NCBI GenBank assembly: GCA_964016885.1
Contig: OZ024755.1
Span: 37,696,001 to 37,760,000 of the forward strand
Reading direction: 5' to 3'
Source: Eledone cirrhosa
Taxonomy: Eukaryota
DNA length: 64,000 nt
Part shown: in pieces, positions 38,112-51,339 of the stretch
Position numbering within the stretch: position 1 is the stretch's first letter
How the letters are laid out: each line of letters opens with the position of its first letter
The notes under the pieces: generated by a model
Told to the model about the DNA's origin: nothing
What the model saw: only the letters and a program-made list of their open reading frames with translations
The model's database searches: none
Translations under genes and position numbers: made by a program

Positions 38112-38234
38112 AATAAATTATCGAGAATCGGAATCTCGGCCCACGAAATAACGAAACACAATCTTCGAAATGCGTGGCAAAGGGCTCAATAGTTTGAATA
38201 AACCAGAGCTATAACTATCGTTTAAATACCAACA

Positions 38235-38295
<61 letters not shown>

Positions 38296-38509
38296 GACGT
38301 AAAATAATAAAAATTTACTTACTTACTAAAATTTCACTCCAACTAATTAGTAAGTAAGTAAGTAAATTTTTATAATTTTCTTATTTTACGTCTTTCATAT
38401 AATTGTTCTGCATCCCCTTGCATTGAACCACACCGTTACTAAGACAAAACCTATATATTTGCTAGCATAGGTATACATCTGTATATATATGTTGGTAGAT
38501 ATACTAATT

Positions 38510-38570
<61 letters not shown>

Positions 38571-39129
38571 GAGTTATTAACTCTGCCTTTTATTTGTATA
38601 TATACATATATGTGTTTCAGGGTGTGGGGTTAGCACGATTTCAATATCTCTCGATTCGGCCAGTTGTAGGGAAAAGAAAGGTATATAAAGGGTATGTATG
38701 TTGCAAGGCGGAACAAGACTTGTTTCGGGTTGGGTGTGTGAATGAGATCTTTTCAAAATTGCCGGGTGGGAAGTGGGAGACTTGCTGGGTTTTTTTTTGT
38801 GGGGGCGAGCGTTATATATTCACACCTCCTCCCTTTTCTAATCGGACTCCTAACCGATTTACCCCTTATAGCCTGTGTGTGCGTGTGTGCGTAAGAAATC
38901 TAACATCACACATTATGACAGGTTCTCCCGCCCTCCTCTCTAACATTCCCATTTCCTCCATTTAACGGCCCTTTCTTACTTTCTGATGTTATATAGTTCT
39001 GGAGGAGGGGCAGATTTATTTAGCTCACTTTCGGTCTTAAGGTATTTATTTTTTAACTTTTTGGTAGAGTGGGATACAGTTTCATTGCCGCTAATGTAGT
39101 AGTTCGGATAATAACTTCAATGTATGATT

Positions 39130-39900
39130 TGTATGTATATATGTGTGTGTCCCAGTATATATATATGTGTGTGTGTTCCAGTATATATATGTGTGTGTGT
39201 GTCCCAGTATATATATGTGTGTGTGTGTCCCAGTATATATATGTGTGTGTGTGTCCCAGTATATATATGTGTGTGTGTGTCCCAGTATATATATGTGTGT
39301 GTGTGTCCCAGTATATATATGTGTGTGTGTCCCAGTATATATATGTGTGTGTGTGTTCCAGTATATATATGTGTGTGTGTCCCAGTAGATATATGTGTGT
39401 GTGTGTGTCCCAGTATATATATATGTGTGTGTGTCCCAGTATATATATGTGTGTGTGTCCCAGTATATATATATATGTGTGTGTGTCCCAGTATATATAT
39501 GTGTGTGTGTGTCCCAGTATATATATGTGTGTGTGTTCCAGTATATATATGTGTGTGTGTCCCAGTATATATATATGTGTGTGTGTTCCAGTATATATAT
39601 GTGTGTGTGTGTCCCAGTATATATATGTGTGTGTGTGTCCCAGTATATATATATGTGTGTGTTCCAGTATATATATGTGTGTGTGTGTTCCAGTATATAT
39701 ATGTGTGTGTGTGTCCCAGTATATATATGTGTGTGTGTGTTCCAGTATATATATGTGTGTGTGTCCCAGTAGATATATGTGTGTGTGTCCCAGTATATAT
39801 ATATGTGTGTGTGTGTCCCAGTATATATATATGTGTGTGTCCCCCAGTATATATATATGTGTGTCCCAGTATATATATGTGTGCGTGTCCCAGTATATAT
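39130..39900. repeat. Compound minisatellite (TG)n-(T/C)CCAG-(TA)n, ~30 units
   Basis: Direct reading. Confidence 0.95.
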
Positions 39901-40160
39901 ACATATATAGAAATATTAAAACAATGAAATTAAACTCAAAAAGGTTAATTCATAGTAAAAATCATTATTTTACGATCGTTTCGGGGGGGGGGGGGGGGGT
40001 AATTCCCCGTATGTCCATTCAATTATTGATCTATGTAAAATATTACAAAATATCTGTGTGTATGTATATATATATATTTATATATATATATATACTGCCA
40101 AGACTAGAATTAAACTATTAAGACAGTTAAGACAGTTGAGGTATGTCATACATCAATTCA

Positions 40161-40230
40161 TGTATTTTATCTGATGAGGATGTACTGAAAACACAGCACA
40201 GTACCTCCGAAATATATATAACAAAACATA
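40161..40230 (+). ncRNA. Minimal hammerhead motif, paralogue of 15797-15857
   Basis: tgtattttat CTGATGA ggatgtactg...cagtacctcc GAAA tatata TA acaaaacata. Confidence 0.65.
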
Positions 40231-40270
40231 TATTTTGATTATGTGAACGTCTTCATTTATTAATATTTTG

Positions 40271-40311
<41 letters not shown>

Positions 40312-40384
40312 CAGGTGAAACTTCTCTCTCTCTGTCCCAATATATGTGTGTGTGTCCCATTATATATATATATGTGTGTGTGTG

Positions 40385-40418
<34 letters not shown>

Positions 40419-42509
40419 AGATCAGAGCAAACATCACGGACGCTCTATCTCAAAATTATTTTTGAAAAGCATTAGAAATGCGCAACCGGTAAAACTTACA
40501 ACCAAAACTGAATACTAACCAATACTATTACTAATTCTCACTTATTCCTAATTAAACTATTTTTCACTGTGAACAATTTGTCAGCATTTTCTATTCCGTT
40601 TACCAATATATCTATCTATATATATATATAATCTGTGTGTGTGTGTCCCAGCATGCTTGCTGGCTGAAGCAAGTAAATATATGTATGCATTGCGTGTATA
40701 ACATTCCTCGGTTACGTTCTAACCCTGCCCCAACAGTATATGTAGAGTGTGTTTATTGAGCATTTCTAAGACTATAGCAATCACACAAATGTCTGGTCTA
40801 ACCATGAAATACACGAGAATGATCTACACTCTGCCGGGTTGATTAATGTGACACCTTGTACCTTTTACCGCTTGGGTCTGAAAGTTGCGCGCACATACAT
40901 ACATACACACACACACGCACGCACGCACGTACATGTGCACATACACACACACAAGTACGCGTGCACACGCACACGCACACACGCACGTAGCTGAAATAAG
41001 CCACTATGCGGTTGCTCGATTTGTCAAACAGTCAAAATCTACTTCGTCCCACCCTATTGTTTTAAAGAGAAAAAAATAATTAATTAGATAAAGTAGGGCT
41101 AGATACATTAGCTAACCTGAAAAATAAAATAGGATGGTCATGAGTGGAACACCTTCGTATAGATCCTAAGCTGTCTTGGGGTTAAACAACAAAGTAGGTG
41201 ATGAGTCGTACACATTAACATAAAGTTACTTTCGACATGATCGTTTTACATACACCTGAGTAGGTATATTTTTTTTCTGAATGAACTTATTTGTTGCGAT
41301 TTTTACCTGTGAGCCTGAGTGAAGCACGAGTGACAGTTTGCATTAGCTAACGGTACTTTATATCACTCGGACAAGTGTCACTTAGGCGGTAAATTGACAG
41401 AGTCGTTAGAACGTCGAATAGAATCTTTATGGTATTCGTTCTGGTTCTATGTTCCCTAAGTTCAAATCCTGCCGAGGTCAACTTTGACTTTCATCCTTTC
41501 GAGGTCGATATATAAAGTACCAGTCGAGTACTGGGGTCGATTCTTCCTCTATACCCCTTTCTCATTTCCTTTCTCTCACTTTCTATCTTTCTCTGGAAGA
41601 AATCTGCCGTATTCAGGCCTGAACTACCTTGGGGACTGTCTTAAGCGGCTGCCGAGTTAGCCTTAATTGTAGTGCTGTCCCTCTTTTACTGGTTTCAGTC
41701 ATTAAACTGTGACCTTGCTGGAGCACTGTCACGATATTCAGAAGATTATGAAACTGTTGATATCACCACCATTTAACGTCTATTTTTCTCTGCTAGCATG
41801 AGTTAGACAGGTTGTCCCGTTGTGAGACAAGTCAGGTCAGGTCAGGTGACTGTGTCTTGTTCACACAGAACTATTTCTGGCTTGGTTTCTAGAACTAGTC
41901 CTAATACCAACCCCATTTACAGTGTGGACTGGGTATAATAAATGTGAATGTTTTGCTTTAAGTATATAAAATGACAGTTGTCATTATCATGATCACCTCC
42001 CTCATTTCACAATCTGTCATCTTGAAGAAGGAATGATATATAGTTGCCCAAGGTATTCACGGGAGTTACGTTCCTAGAAGACTTGCGAAGAGTGAAAAAC
42101 AGTGAATATTGGACGTGGTCCATAAAAATGATTATAAATGTCAAAACATAACCTAAAATATAGGCCGGCAAATACGGTATATTGTAATTAATAATTTAGC
42201 GTTAAAAAGCGGGAAAAAATATATATCGAGGGCGGTGCCCCAGCATGGCCTCAGCCAAATGGCCTGGAATCGGTAAAAGAGTATTGCCACAAAAAAAAAA
42301 AGCCATAAGAAAAAATTGAAAGATATTTACGATTCCGCGAATATGGTGTGGTTTCTACAAATAATTATTAAGGGAAATTCCACGACTAACCAGGACCGCG
42401 AATATCGGAGGTACACGGTATTTCATACTGAAGTATTTGAAAATATATACTAGTGTGGAAGAGACTACGGAATATTCTAGAACACCTTTGATCATTACTA
42501 TAAAGACAA

Positions 42510-42700
42510 TGGCGGTGGATTGGCAGTATCGGTAGAGGACCGGACGCTCTGCTTTGACGCATAGAGTTACGGCCCTTGCCATTCTGAGTTCAAATCCCGC
42601 CGAGGTTAACTTTGCCTTTCATCCTTACGGGGTCGATAAAATAAAGTACCAGTAATGCACTGGGTAATTGCTGGCCTTGTGCCAAAAGTAGAAACAATTA
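42510..42700 (+). mobile_element. SINE family A, full length
   Basis: ggcggtggattggcagtatcggtagag...gagttcaaatcccgccgagg...gtagaaacaatta. Confidence 0.88.
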
Positions 42701-42771
42701 CTATAAAGACAATGCTTCCCTCCACACCTGTTTTTCTGAAGTAGATCTTTTACATGTACATATATACATGG

Positions 42772-43384
42772 GCATATATAAAACTGTGGATGTCTGTCTG
42801 TCTGTGTGTGTGTGTGTCTGTGAGTTTGAATCCCTAAAACTCGAGAAGTACCCAACCGATTTTTTTTCAAACTTTACATGTGTATTACTTATGTTTCAGG
42901 GTGTGTTATACATTAGGTGAAAAACTGCGTTTTTTCAGTTTTTTAGGGGTTTTTTGAGGCGTTACGTCAGACCGATTTCCTTGAAATTGTAACTATGTAT
43001 TAGTCAGTCTCTTCTTCATACCGTGAGCAAAGAAAATCCAACTTTTTTTTATGGCCTGGGTCCCACATTAGGTGAAAAACTTCATTTTTTTCAGCTTTTT
43101 AGGGCTTTTTTGAGGTGTTACGTCTAGCTGATTTTCCCAAAATTTCAAGGCATATTATGCACATAAAAAAATTAATTTTCTTGATCCCCTAGGGCCCGCA
43201 TTAGGTGAAAACCTGCATTTTTCCTGCTTCATTGAGGAAAATCTTAAAGATTATCCAGCCATCAGAGTATTCGATTTATTTTCTTTACATATTGTCCTTG
43301 CATGCAGTTTTTCCATGATTAGGTCTGTTGGTGGCCCGCGTCCCAAAATACCTTATCCCGTGCAACGCCGGGTACCACTGCTAG
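42772..43384 (+). mobile_element. Non-autonomous Helitron (second family)
   Basis: 5' tatataaaactgtggatgtctgtctgtc microsatellite head; 3' hairpin cccgtgcaacgccggg (43357-43372) then CTAG|T; internal ~140-bp repeats; 5' TC not evident. Confidence 0.75.
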
Positions 43385-43457
43385 TATACAATATTTTAAT
43401 TAATGAAAATTAAAATGTAACAACCGATGTCTCCTTATCTCTTGTTTCAATGTTCAC

Positions 43458-43657
43458 CTTGTAGTGTCACAGTGAATAATCATTTCTGTGACCTCTGACC
43501 TCATGAGCAAGATATTTGGGTAGACTTTAATAATTTCAATAAAAAATCTGAAGTCTATACTGAGATGTACATTGTGTATTATCAAAGTGATGGTGTCTGA
43601 CCTAGTAGTTAGTGTATCAGGGTCAAATCTGTTGGCACATTGTTCCCGTCCATTCAG
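43458..43657 (-). CDS. Candidate internal exon of an extracellular protein (CUB-like C-terminal half)
   Basis: Acceptor tttgtttcag|CTG, donor AAG|gtgaac, 200 nt, phase 0 to 2, open: LNGREQCANRFDPDTLTTRSDTITLIIHNVHLSIDFRFFIEIIKVYP...; non-repetitive; domain call is by eye only. Confidence 0.45.
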
Positions 43658-44089
43658 CTGAAACAAATTAGTACCTGTAGTAGCTGGGGCTGTGGATTAA
43701 CCCTGTGATGGACTCGCATTTCATTTAATGCCCCTAAAACTTAGATAAGGTTTAAAGCAGATTTAACATTTTGTGTGTCAACAACATTTTATGTCTGTTT
43801 TCAAGCTTGCAGTTGAAGTGACATCACTCTGGTCATTATGTTTTTCTTCACTGCCCAGTGTCCACTGAAACATACATCAGTTCAGCATCCTTGCACCGAG
43901 CATGCATTAGTCTAGCACATGACTGTCTCATCCAATCATTTCATTAGTAACTGGTTGGGGGAATTTTAAGTTTCTTTGAAAAACTTGTTTTTGACTTCTC
44001 AACATGCCACTACCATAAATGAAATTTAGGGTTCAGCCTGCCTCACAGTTCCAGCAGACAGATGGTTTTACAGTCTGTAGTTTTTTTTA

Positions 44090-44205
44090 CTACCTGCAAT
44101 GGTCTGTCCCTTTCATCTCCTTTGTGATTTTCACCATCTTGAGATCAGCCCTAACCACTTGGAAAATATTCTTAAGTCCTCCTTTTCTGCAGGTTCTTTC
44201 AACCC
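44090..44205 (-). mobile_element. Old RTE-like LINE 3' fragment
   Basis: VERTCRKGGLKNIFQVVRADLKMVKITKEM resembles 47300-47480. Confidence 0.5.
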
Positions 44206-44609
44206 CACTCAGACACACACACCCTACCACCACCATTTTATCCTAATTAAGGCTTCTGACAGCTGCAATCTAAGTGAATCAGGGCCCCCTTTAGATGTTG
44301 GCTTTAGCTGAGAGTATTCTCACTGCCCTAGATAAGATTTTGCTTTATTTTATATTATTGTGTTTTGCTCCTTTAATTGCAGTGGTGAAAATTAGCTTCA
44401 TTACAAAATTATGTTACATAAAAGCTGTTAGTATTTAATATAAAGGAAATGTGACTCTCCCACATCATATGACATTAATACTTTTATTATGCTACAATTG
44501 AAATATATTAAAATAGATGTTAAAAAAAAACACAGTCTAGGTGAACAATACACACACACACACATATATACATACATTGGCAGTAGCACAGATAGTTCAG
44601 CATAATACG

Positions 44610-44930
44610 GGCATGTATGGAAGCATATATTATGTTTATATACAATAAGAGCATGTATGGAAGCATATATTATGTTTATATACAATAAGAGCATGTATGG
44701 AAGCATATATTATGTTTATATACAATAAGAGCATGTATGGAAGCATATACTATGTTTATATACAATAAGAGCATGTATGGAAGCATATATTATAAGTGTA
44801 TACACAATAAGGGCATGTATGGAAGCATATACTATATGCTTATATACAATAGGTGCATGTATGGAAGCATATATTATGTTTATATACAGTAGGGGCATGC
44901 ATGGAAGCATATATGTTTATATACAATATA
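44610..44930. repeat. 40-bp minisatellite, ~8 copies
   Basis: Unit gcatgtatggaagcatatattatgtttatatacaataaga. Confidence 0.93.
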
Positions 44931-45021
44931 CATATCAGAGTCTCGCTATCAAAGAAAAAAAATATTTTTCTCTCTTTTACACCGTGAACATGTCACAGAT
45001 ATCTCAGTAACCGTTGAGAAT

Positions 45022-45064
45022 GCCAGACAGCTGTTTCAAGGTTTGTTATTCCCTCATCAGTGAC
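45022..45064 (-). ncRNA. Minimal type I hammerhead ribozyme motif (GUC site)
   Basis: gtca CTGATGA gggaataacaaacctt GAAA cagctg TC tggc; palindromic stem III CAGCTG as in PLE minimal hammerheads. Confidence 0.7.
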
Positions 45065-45658
45065 TTAATACAACAGCAAACATTTTTAGGCCATTTTCCC
45101 TACTGAAGCAGCAGTTCACCTTGTGGTTCCCGTTCAGCACCCCTCCTACACATGATGCAGAGTTGCACAGTTTCCATGTACCAAGTTTTACTTGCAAATC
45201 TTTCGTCAACTCTGGATGACATGCTGCAGGTAATAAATTAACCTTTTAACCCATTAGCATTAAAACCAGTCGTATCCGGTCAGAATTCTCTTACCTCTTT
45301 CTGTTCAAAAACACAACACACAACCCAGTCCAGGATTCAAATCAATGACATTCTAATTATAAGTTCAAGGCCCTTACCACTAGGCCATGTGCCTGCACAT
45401 TTATCAACCACCAAAAGATAAAAGGCCAAGTTGACCATAGCAGGATTTGAACAAATACCAAGACATTTAATATGTCACACTAAGGACTCTGTCAGTTTGC
45501 CTCTATCAGAGCAGGCACACATATTGGTAGGATGAAGTTCAGTCATTGTCCAAGGTTTGGGGTTCTATCCACCACCGAAATATGGTAGCTTCAGTCTCAA
45601 TGACAAATCATTGCAAGAGAAGCACAATATATAAATAAACCCAGACATGGCTTTATCA

Positions 45659-46069
45659 TTAACCCTTTAGTATTTACATTACTCTGGATTGGCAGTATCG
45701 GTAGAGGGTCAGGCACCATGCTTTGAAGCATAGAGTTACCTCCCTTTATGATCTGAGTTCAAATCCCGCCGAGGTTAACTTTGCCTTTCATCCTTACAGG
45801 GTCGATAAAATAAAGTACCAGTAATGCACTAGGTAATTGCTGGCCTTGTGCCAAAAGTAGAAACAATTACTCTATTATATACTATTATATTTTCACATAA
45901 TATCAAATCACATAATATTTCACTTAATATCAAATCTATGAGATTTTGATATTATTTATTTTGAGAACAATATCTTAACACCAGTATGAGCAGCAGGTTA
46001 CAGGCAGTTTGAACAGAAAGAGGAGAGAATTATCGCTGGATATGGCCAGTTTAAATGCTAAAGGCTTAA
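45659..46069. mobile_element. piggyBac-type MITE carrying a SINE A insertion (~45685-45870)
   Basis: ttaaccctttag ... ctaaaggcttaa; body matches 6319-6541. Confidence 0.65.
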
Positions 46070-46174
46070 ACATGTCACCTTTGAATTCCATCTTTATCTT
46101 TGAAGGCAACAGATTTTGTGATCCCTTTGTTAGAAAATTGTAGCCAGTGTCTTTTATTAGAAATATGGTAATAT

Positions 46175-46650
46175 TTGAAGGCTAAGATCTTTGATACTTA
46201 CAACCTACCAGTTGTGTTATATGGTCTTGAATGTGTTAATTGGACGACATGGTCACTTCAGAAGCTCTCTACATTCCAGAATCACATCATGAGACTTATG
46301 ACTGGCAAGCGGCTCAGCAACCGTATCTGTATCAGTGAGCTGCTCAACATTACCAAACTTAGACCAGTTACATCAATTGTCATGTCAAGAGTACTCAAAC
46401 TATACGACCATATAAAAAGATCAACTCATGGTGTGAGTAGGTTATGCCTGGAAGGAAGGTTGGCTGGTAAGAGAAGCAGAGGCCGGCAGCCAAACGATGG
46501 CTTGACAATGTCAACTTATGGACTGGACTTGATCTTTGCTCTTTGAACTCTGCTGTTGGTGATCGAACTTTGTGGAGAAGAATATAACATGTGATGTGCA
46601 GTCTGCAACTGGCGGAGTTTAGCGTCACAAGAGAGAGAGAAGAGAATATG
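46175..46650 (+). mobile_element. RTE-like LINE 3' fragment
   Basis: KAKIFDTYNLPVVLYGLEC..W....QKLSTFQNHIMR...LKLYDHIKR...LEGRLAGKRSRGRQP. Confidence 0.85.
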
Positions 46651-47074
46651 GCATGGAAAGGGTTAAAAATGTCCTCCACTGTTCACTTACCTTCCTTTTC
46701 ATTATCTCACCTTTAAATCCTCGCTTTAACCCTTAAGGCAACACATTATCTGATTCCTTTGTTCATTCATATCAAAACAAACTCTACTATTTATTCCTTT
46801 ACTCTCTTGTTCCACAAATGTGCCTGACTTTATCAGCATTCATTACACTTGTCACTCTTTTACTATAAACATGTTTCCCTGAATCTTCCTACCTTTTGTC
46901 TCTAAGCCATCTTGTTACACCAACTGATACCTTTTTATTTCACCACTATTCATGGAGAATCTCACCAGTATTATGGTGGAAAATACCTTTTATTCAACTG
47001 TTCATTCCTGAGCAAATATAATTACTATATTTATGTATGCATATATGTGTGTGTGTGTGTGTATATACATTCAT

Positions 47075-47300
47075 ACACACAATAGGCTCTGTGCGTGTGT
47101 GTGTGTATGTGTCCATACACAAACACAATAGGCTCTGTGTGTGTCTGTGGGTGTATGTATGTCCACACAGAAACACAATAGGCTCTGTGTGTGTATGTGT
47201 GTGTTCATACACAAACACAATAGGCTCTGTCTGTCTGTGTGTGTATGTATGTCCATACACACACACAATAGGCTCTGTGTGTGTCTGTGTGAGTATGTAT
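47075..47300. repeat. ~48-bp minisatellite (cacaataggctctgtgtg...), 5 copies
   Basis: Direct reading. Confidence 0.85.
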
Positions 47301-47480
47301 GTCATCTCCACCGTGAGCTTCAGCGATCTGATGTCTGCTCTCACCACCTCCGCCCATGTTTTTCGTGGTCTACCTCTACCACGTCTTCCTTCAACTGGCA
47401 TTTCCTGGCACTTCTTCACCCATCGGTCATCCTCCATGCGCATCCCATGTCCATACCATCGCAGTCTCCTCTCTCGCACA
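47300..47480 (-). mobile_element. RTE LINE 3' fragment
   Basis: VRERRLRWYGHGMRMEDDRWVKKC....VEGRRGRGRPRKTWAEVV. Confidence 0.88.
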
Positions 47481-47659
47481 CTACAATTTAGTATATATAC
47501 TACTGCCAAAAACTATGTGCACAACAAATGAGAATTCTGATACCTTATATATTAACTAGTACAATTTGTTGGTCATTGTAACGTTCTGTTATTCTAACAT
47601 TCAACATACTATATTCAACTATATAGGTGATAAATTTGGTTGAGTCATTAGAACATTGA

Positions 47660-49480
47660 ATAGATTTCTTTATTTGCCAAAAATTGTCTATTGTATTCCC
47701 TTTGTTCTGATCTTTCCTGATCAGCATTACTACACCCTGGTTTATAGAATGTGGGTTGCTCCAGTTCTGATGCCAGTTGCAGTAGACCGCTTTGAGGACA
47801 TCAGAGAACAAGTCTGGCATGCTTACATAAAACTCATAGGATAGACCATCCAAACCAGGTGATTTGTGTCTCTCACAGTTGTCTAGGGATTCTTGTATTT
47901 CACCCGCTGAGATCGGCTTTTTGTAGCACTCTGCATCCATGTCCGAGAGTTGCAGTAGGTCTTTGAGGTAGGAACTGACATCCACAACCTACACAACCCC
48001 AACTGACATCCACAACCTACACAACCCCAACTGACATAGTGCTCTGCCTGAACAGTTGTTCAATCTACGTACGTCCGTCTCGGTTTTCTAATGCCTGAAT
48101 TGTGGTTTTGTTGCCATGTCACACCGCTGCCACCCGGGCCCAACAAACAGCTTTCACTCCTTCATTTCTTAGAATATGTGTTTTACTTCTACTAATGCAA
48201 CTTTCCTGTTTTCCCTTGAAGAACTGGTCTAGTGCTGTTCACGCCGGTTGCAATGACCCTCCTAAGAGCCTCTTCTACTTTGGCTACCAACTCCATCTCT
48301 GTTTTATTTTACTCTAAAGCTACTTCTTTGCTAAATACTACTGATTCTGCTCTAATTGCTATCTTGAGAGAGCACCACCACCTGTTGTTGATGATGGCCC
48401 CTGTCAACTGTTTAACTAAATTGCTAATCTGTTTACTGTAGGCTTTATGCATCAGGAATGATGCATTTAACTTCCAGTATTTGGGTCCCTGTCTATGTGT
48501 TCTTTCTAGGTCGACTATGCAAGTCACTAATTTGTGGTCTGAATAGGTGACCATATGTATTTGCGAACAGCTTTTGGTATACCTATCAGTTAATCTTACA
48601 AGGAATCATTCATTTTCATTTCATTTTACGTCCACTTTTCCCTGCTTGCAAGGGTGGGACGGGAACTGATTCTGGCTTGATTTCTACAGCTGGATGCCCT
48701 TCCTAACACCAACCTCATTTACAGTGAGTGCTGGGTGCTTTTTTTGCCGTTGCACCTCCACGACCACTTTACAGTGGAATGATAGGGGCCCAAGTCCCTA
48801 TCATCTCATTTCTACAGCTGAGTAAACTGGAGCAATGTGAAATAAAGTGTCTTGCTCAAGGAAACAACACATCACCCGGTCTGAGAATTGAACTCACAAC
48901 CTTTGGATTGCAAGGCCAATGCTCTAACCACTAAGCCATGTGCCTCTAAGGAATCTAAATACAATCTAGAAGACTGTGTCGTTGCTCCACGTCCACAGTG
49001 GCAAATTTTGAAAATTTAGTTGATATCTATCAGCTAATTGGAATTGACTTATTAGATTTTTGAGGCTATTACACCCCCACTTCTGTCACATACCCCCCAC
49101 ATAGTCCCAACGTGCGTCCAAGATGCCATTCCAATCCCCCACTAACAACAAAGAGCAGGACATTCCCAGCAAAGGTTCTAGACGCCTAAAGAAATGTTGC
49201 CGTGCTGCCACCAGTCTAAAAGCTCCACTTTCACCACTGTTGACGTCTAGGACCACCAACTTGCCTTCCGGGTCCTGAAACAGCACGGCATCTCCCCCTC
49301 CACCTCCTGGCTGACAAAGAGATGCATAGATCTCAAAGTCATTGAATATGGGGGTTAGCTGCTGTTTGTTGTGAATCCTGGACTCACTGACGGCTATCAC
49401 ATCTATACAGTGACCTGAGGTCATTTAAGAGTTGGCCCTGTTTCCAGGACATCCCCTGGCCACATGCATTAAAACATCTA
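47660..49480 (-). mobile_element. Degenerate Tx1/L1-clade LINE ORF2 (AP endonuclease to start of RT)
   Basis: DVIAVSESR, LLLVGDWNGILD, SDHKLV, YWKLNASFL, KSPGLDGLSYEFY; interrupted by SINE B. Confidence 0.85.
48608..48947 (-). mobile_element. SINE family B with 8-bp TSD aaggaatc
   Basis: tRNA-like head, ccttgagcaagacacttt block, hairpin, 48-bp module, tail; TSD at 48600-48607 and 48948-48955. Confidence 0.88.
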
Positions 49481-49496
49481 ACTCATATATTCGCTA

Positions 49497-49843
49497 TCAT
49501 CATCATCATCATCATTTCATTTTACGTCCGCTTTTCCCTGCTTGCAAGGGTGGGACGGGAACTGATTCTGGCTTGATTTCTACAGCTGGATGCCCTTCCT
49601 AACACCAACCTCATTTACAGTGAGTGCTGGGTGCTTTTTTGCCGTGGCACCTACACGACCACTTTGCAGTGGAATGATAAGGACCTCAGTCCCTATCATC
49701 TCATTTCTACAGCTGAGTAAACTGGAGCAATGTGAAATAAAGTGTCTTGCTCAAGGAAACAACACACCACCCGGTCTGAGAATTGAACTCACAACCTTTC
49801 GATTGCAAGGCCAATGCTCTAACCACTAAGCCATGTGCCTCCA
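49497..49843 (-). mobile_element. SINE family B
   Basis: Near-identical to 48608-48947. Confidence 0.88.
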
Positions 49844-50164
49844 TGTTGGATAGAATTTGTACTGGCTATCTGTACTCTAAGTTCAAATCCTGCTGGGATT
49901 AGTTTTACTTTCATCCTTCTGAGGTTGATTAAAGAAAAAGTACCAGTCTAATACTGGTGTCATTTCTTCCTCTATATCTCTTTCTTACTTTTTCTCTATC
50001 ACACTCTTTCTTTACTCTAGAATACATTAGCTGTATTCAGATCTGGAGAGGGGATGGGTTTAACCCTTTAGCATTTAAACCGGCCATATCCGGCCAGAAT
50101 TCTCTCACTCCTTTCTGTTTAAATCAGCCGCTCATACTGATGTTAGAGTATTGTTCTCAAAATA

Positions 50165-50350
50165 AATAATTGTTTCTACTTTAGGCACAAGGCCAGCAAT
50201 TATCCAGTGCATTGCTGGTACTTTATTTTATCGACCCCGTAAGGATGAAAGGCAAAGTCAACCTCGGCGGGATTTGAACTCAGATCGTAAAGGGACGTAA
50301 CTATGCTGGAAAGCATGGCGTCCGACCCTCTACCGATACTGCCAATCCAC
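50165..50350 (-). mobile_element. SINE family A inside a piggyBac-type MITE starting at 50060
   Basis: Full head and tail on the minus strand. Confidence 0.85.
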
Positions 50351-51339
50351 TATCAAAATTTCATAACCAAAAAGTAAAAACAGAATTAAAGAAAATTTGA
50401 AACAGAAAATTTGTCCCCCTACATTTTATACTAATTTATACTAATTTATACTAATTTATATATACCACTTACTATCATATGTGTAGGAATTTTGTTAAAA
50501 AAGAAAAAAAAAATTAGCACCCTATGGAAATCACGACCCCCTCCCTGCATCTCACCTTTGGCACACTGTGTCACCCCCTCACTCGAGGATGTAATGGCCC
50601 TTATGAATCCTTCAGTTTGAGAACCCTGGACTAATCATCCTAACATTCTTTATACTGGTACTTACTATTCACTAGAGATTTAACACATTCTGTCAGTAAA
50701 AAGACTGTAGACAACCATATTGTAATATACCATAGCCTTTCTTATCTCAGTATTACTCATATATCATAGAATATGTCATTATAATTATAGTGTTGCAGAC
50801 TTTCCTTTTATCATGTAAACATTACACCAAATAAGGTGTGTGTGTGTGTGTGTGTGATTATTTTTAAAGTTGACTTTTTTTATATTTAGCCATTTGATTT
50901 AATTTTATCCAAATGTTATATTTTGATATTTTATGAATTTATTATTACTTGCTTTTGTTGTAGCAGTAGTAGTGTTCTCCTTCTCTCTACACCTCACCAG
51001 ACTCCCACCCATCAACCCCCCCCCACACTCCCACTCCACTCCTCTCCTCTCCTACATTTTTTGTCATCATCATCATTTTATACCATTTTCCATGTTAGCA
51101 TGGAAAACATTTGGTGCAATCCAGTACTAAGATGGGTTGGAAAATATGTCTTTCACTTTTGGCATGATTTCTACAGCTCAATGAATGCCAACTAGTTTAC
51201 AGAGTGTAGTGGGTGCATTTTATCATGGCACCAACATTATCACTTTACAGGGTGTACTGGGTACAAAATAACTGATTTTACTTTATTTTAATAGATACTT
51301 CTGTGTCTACTTTATTTTGTTGTCTACATGGTAGATGGA

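Noticed and set aside
48728-48934. Recurrent ORF ...IISFLQLSKLEQCEIKCLAQG... (6 copies)
   Set aside because: Antisense translation of SINE B, not a gene family
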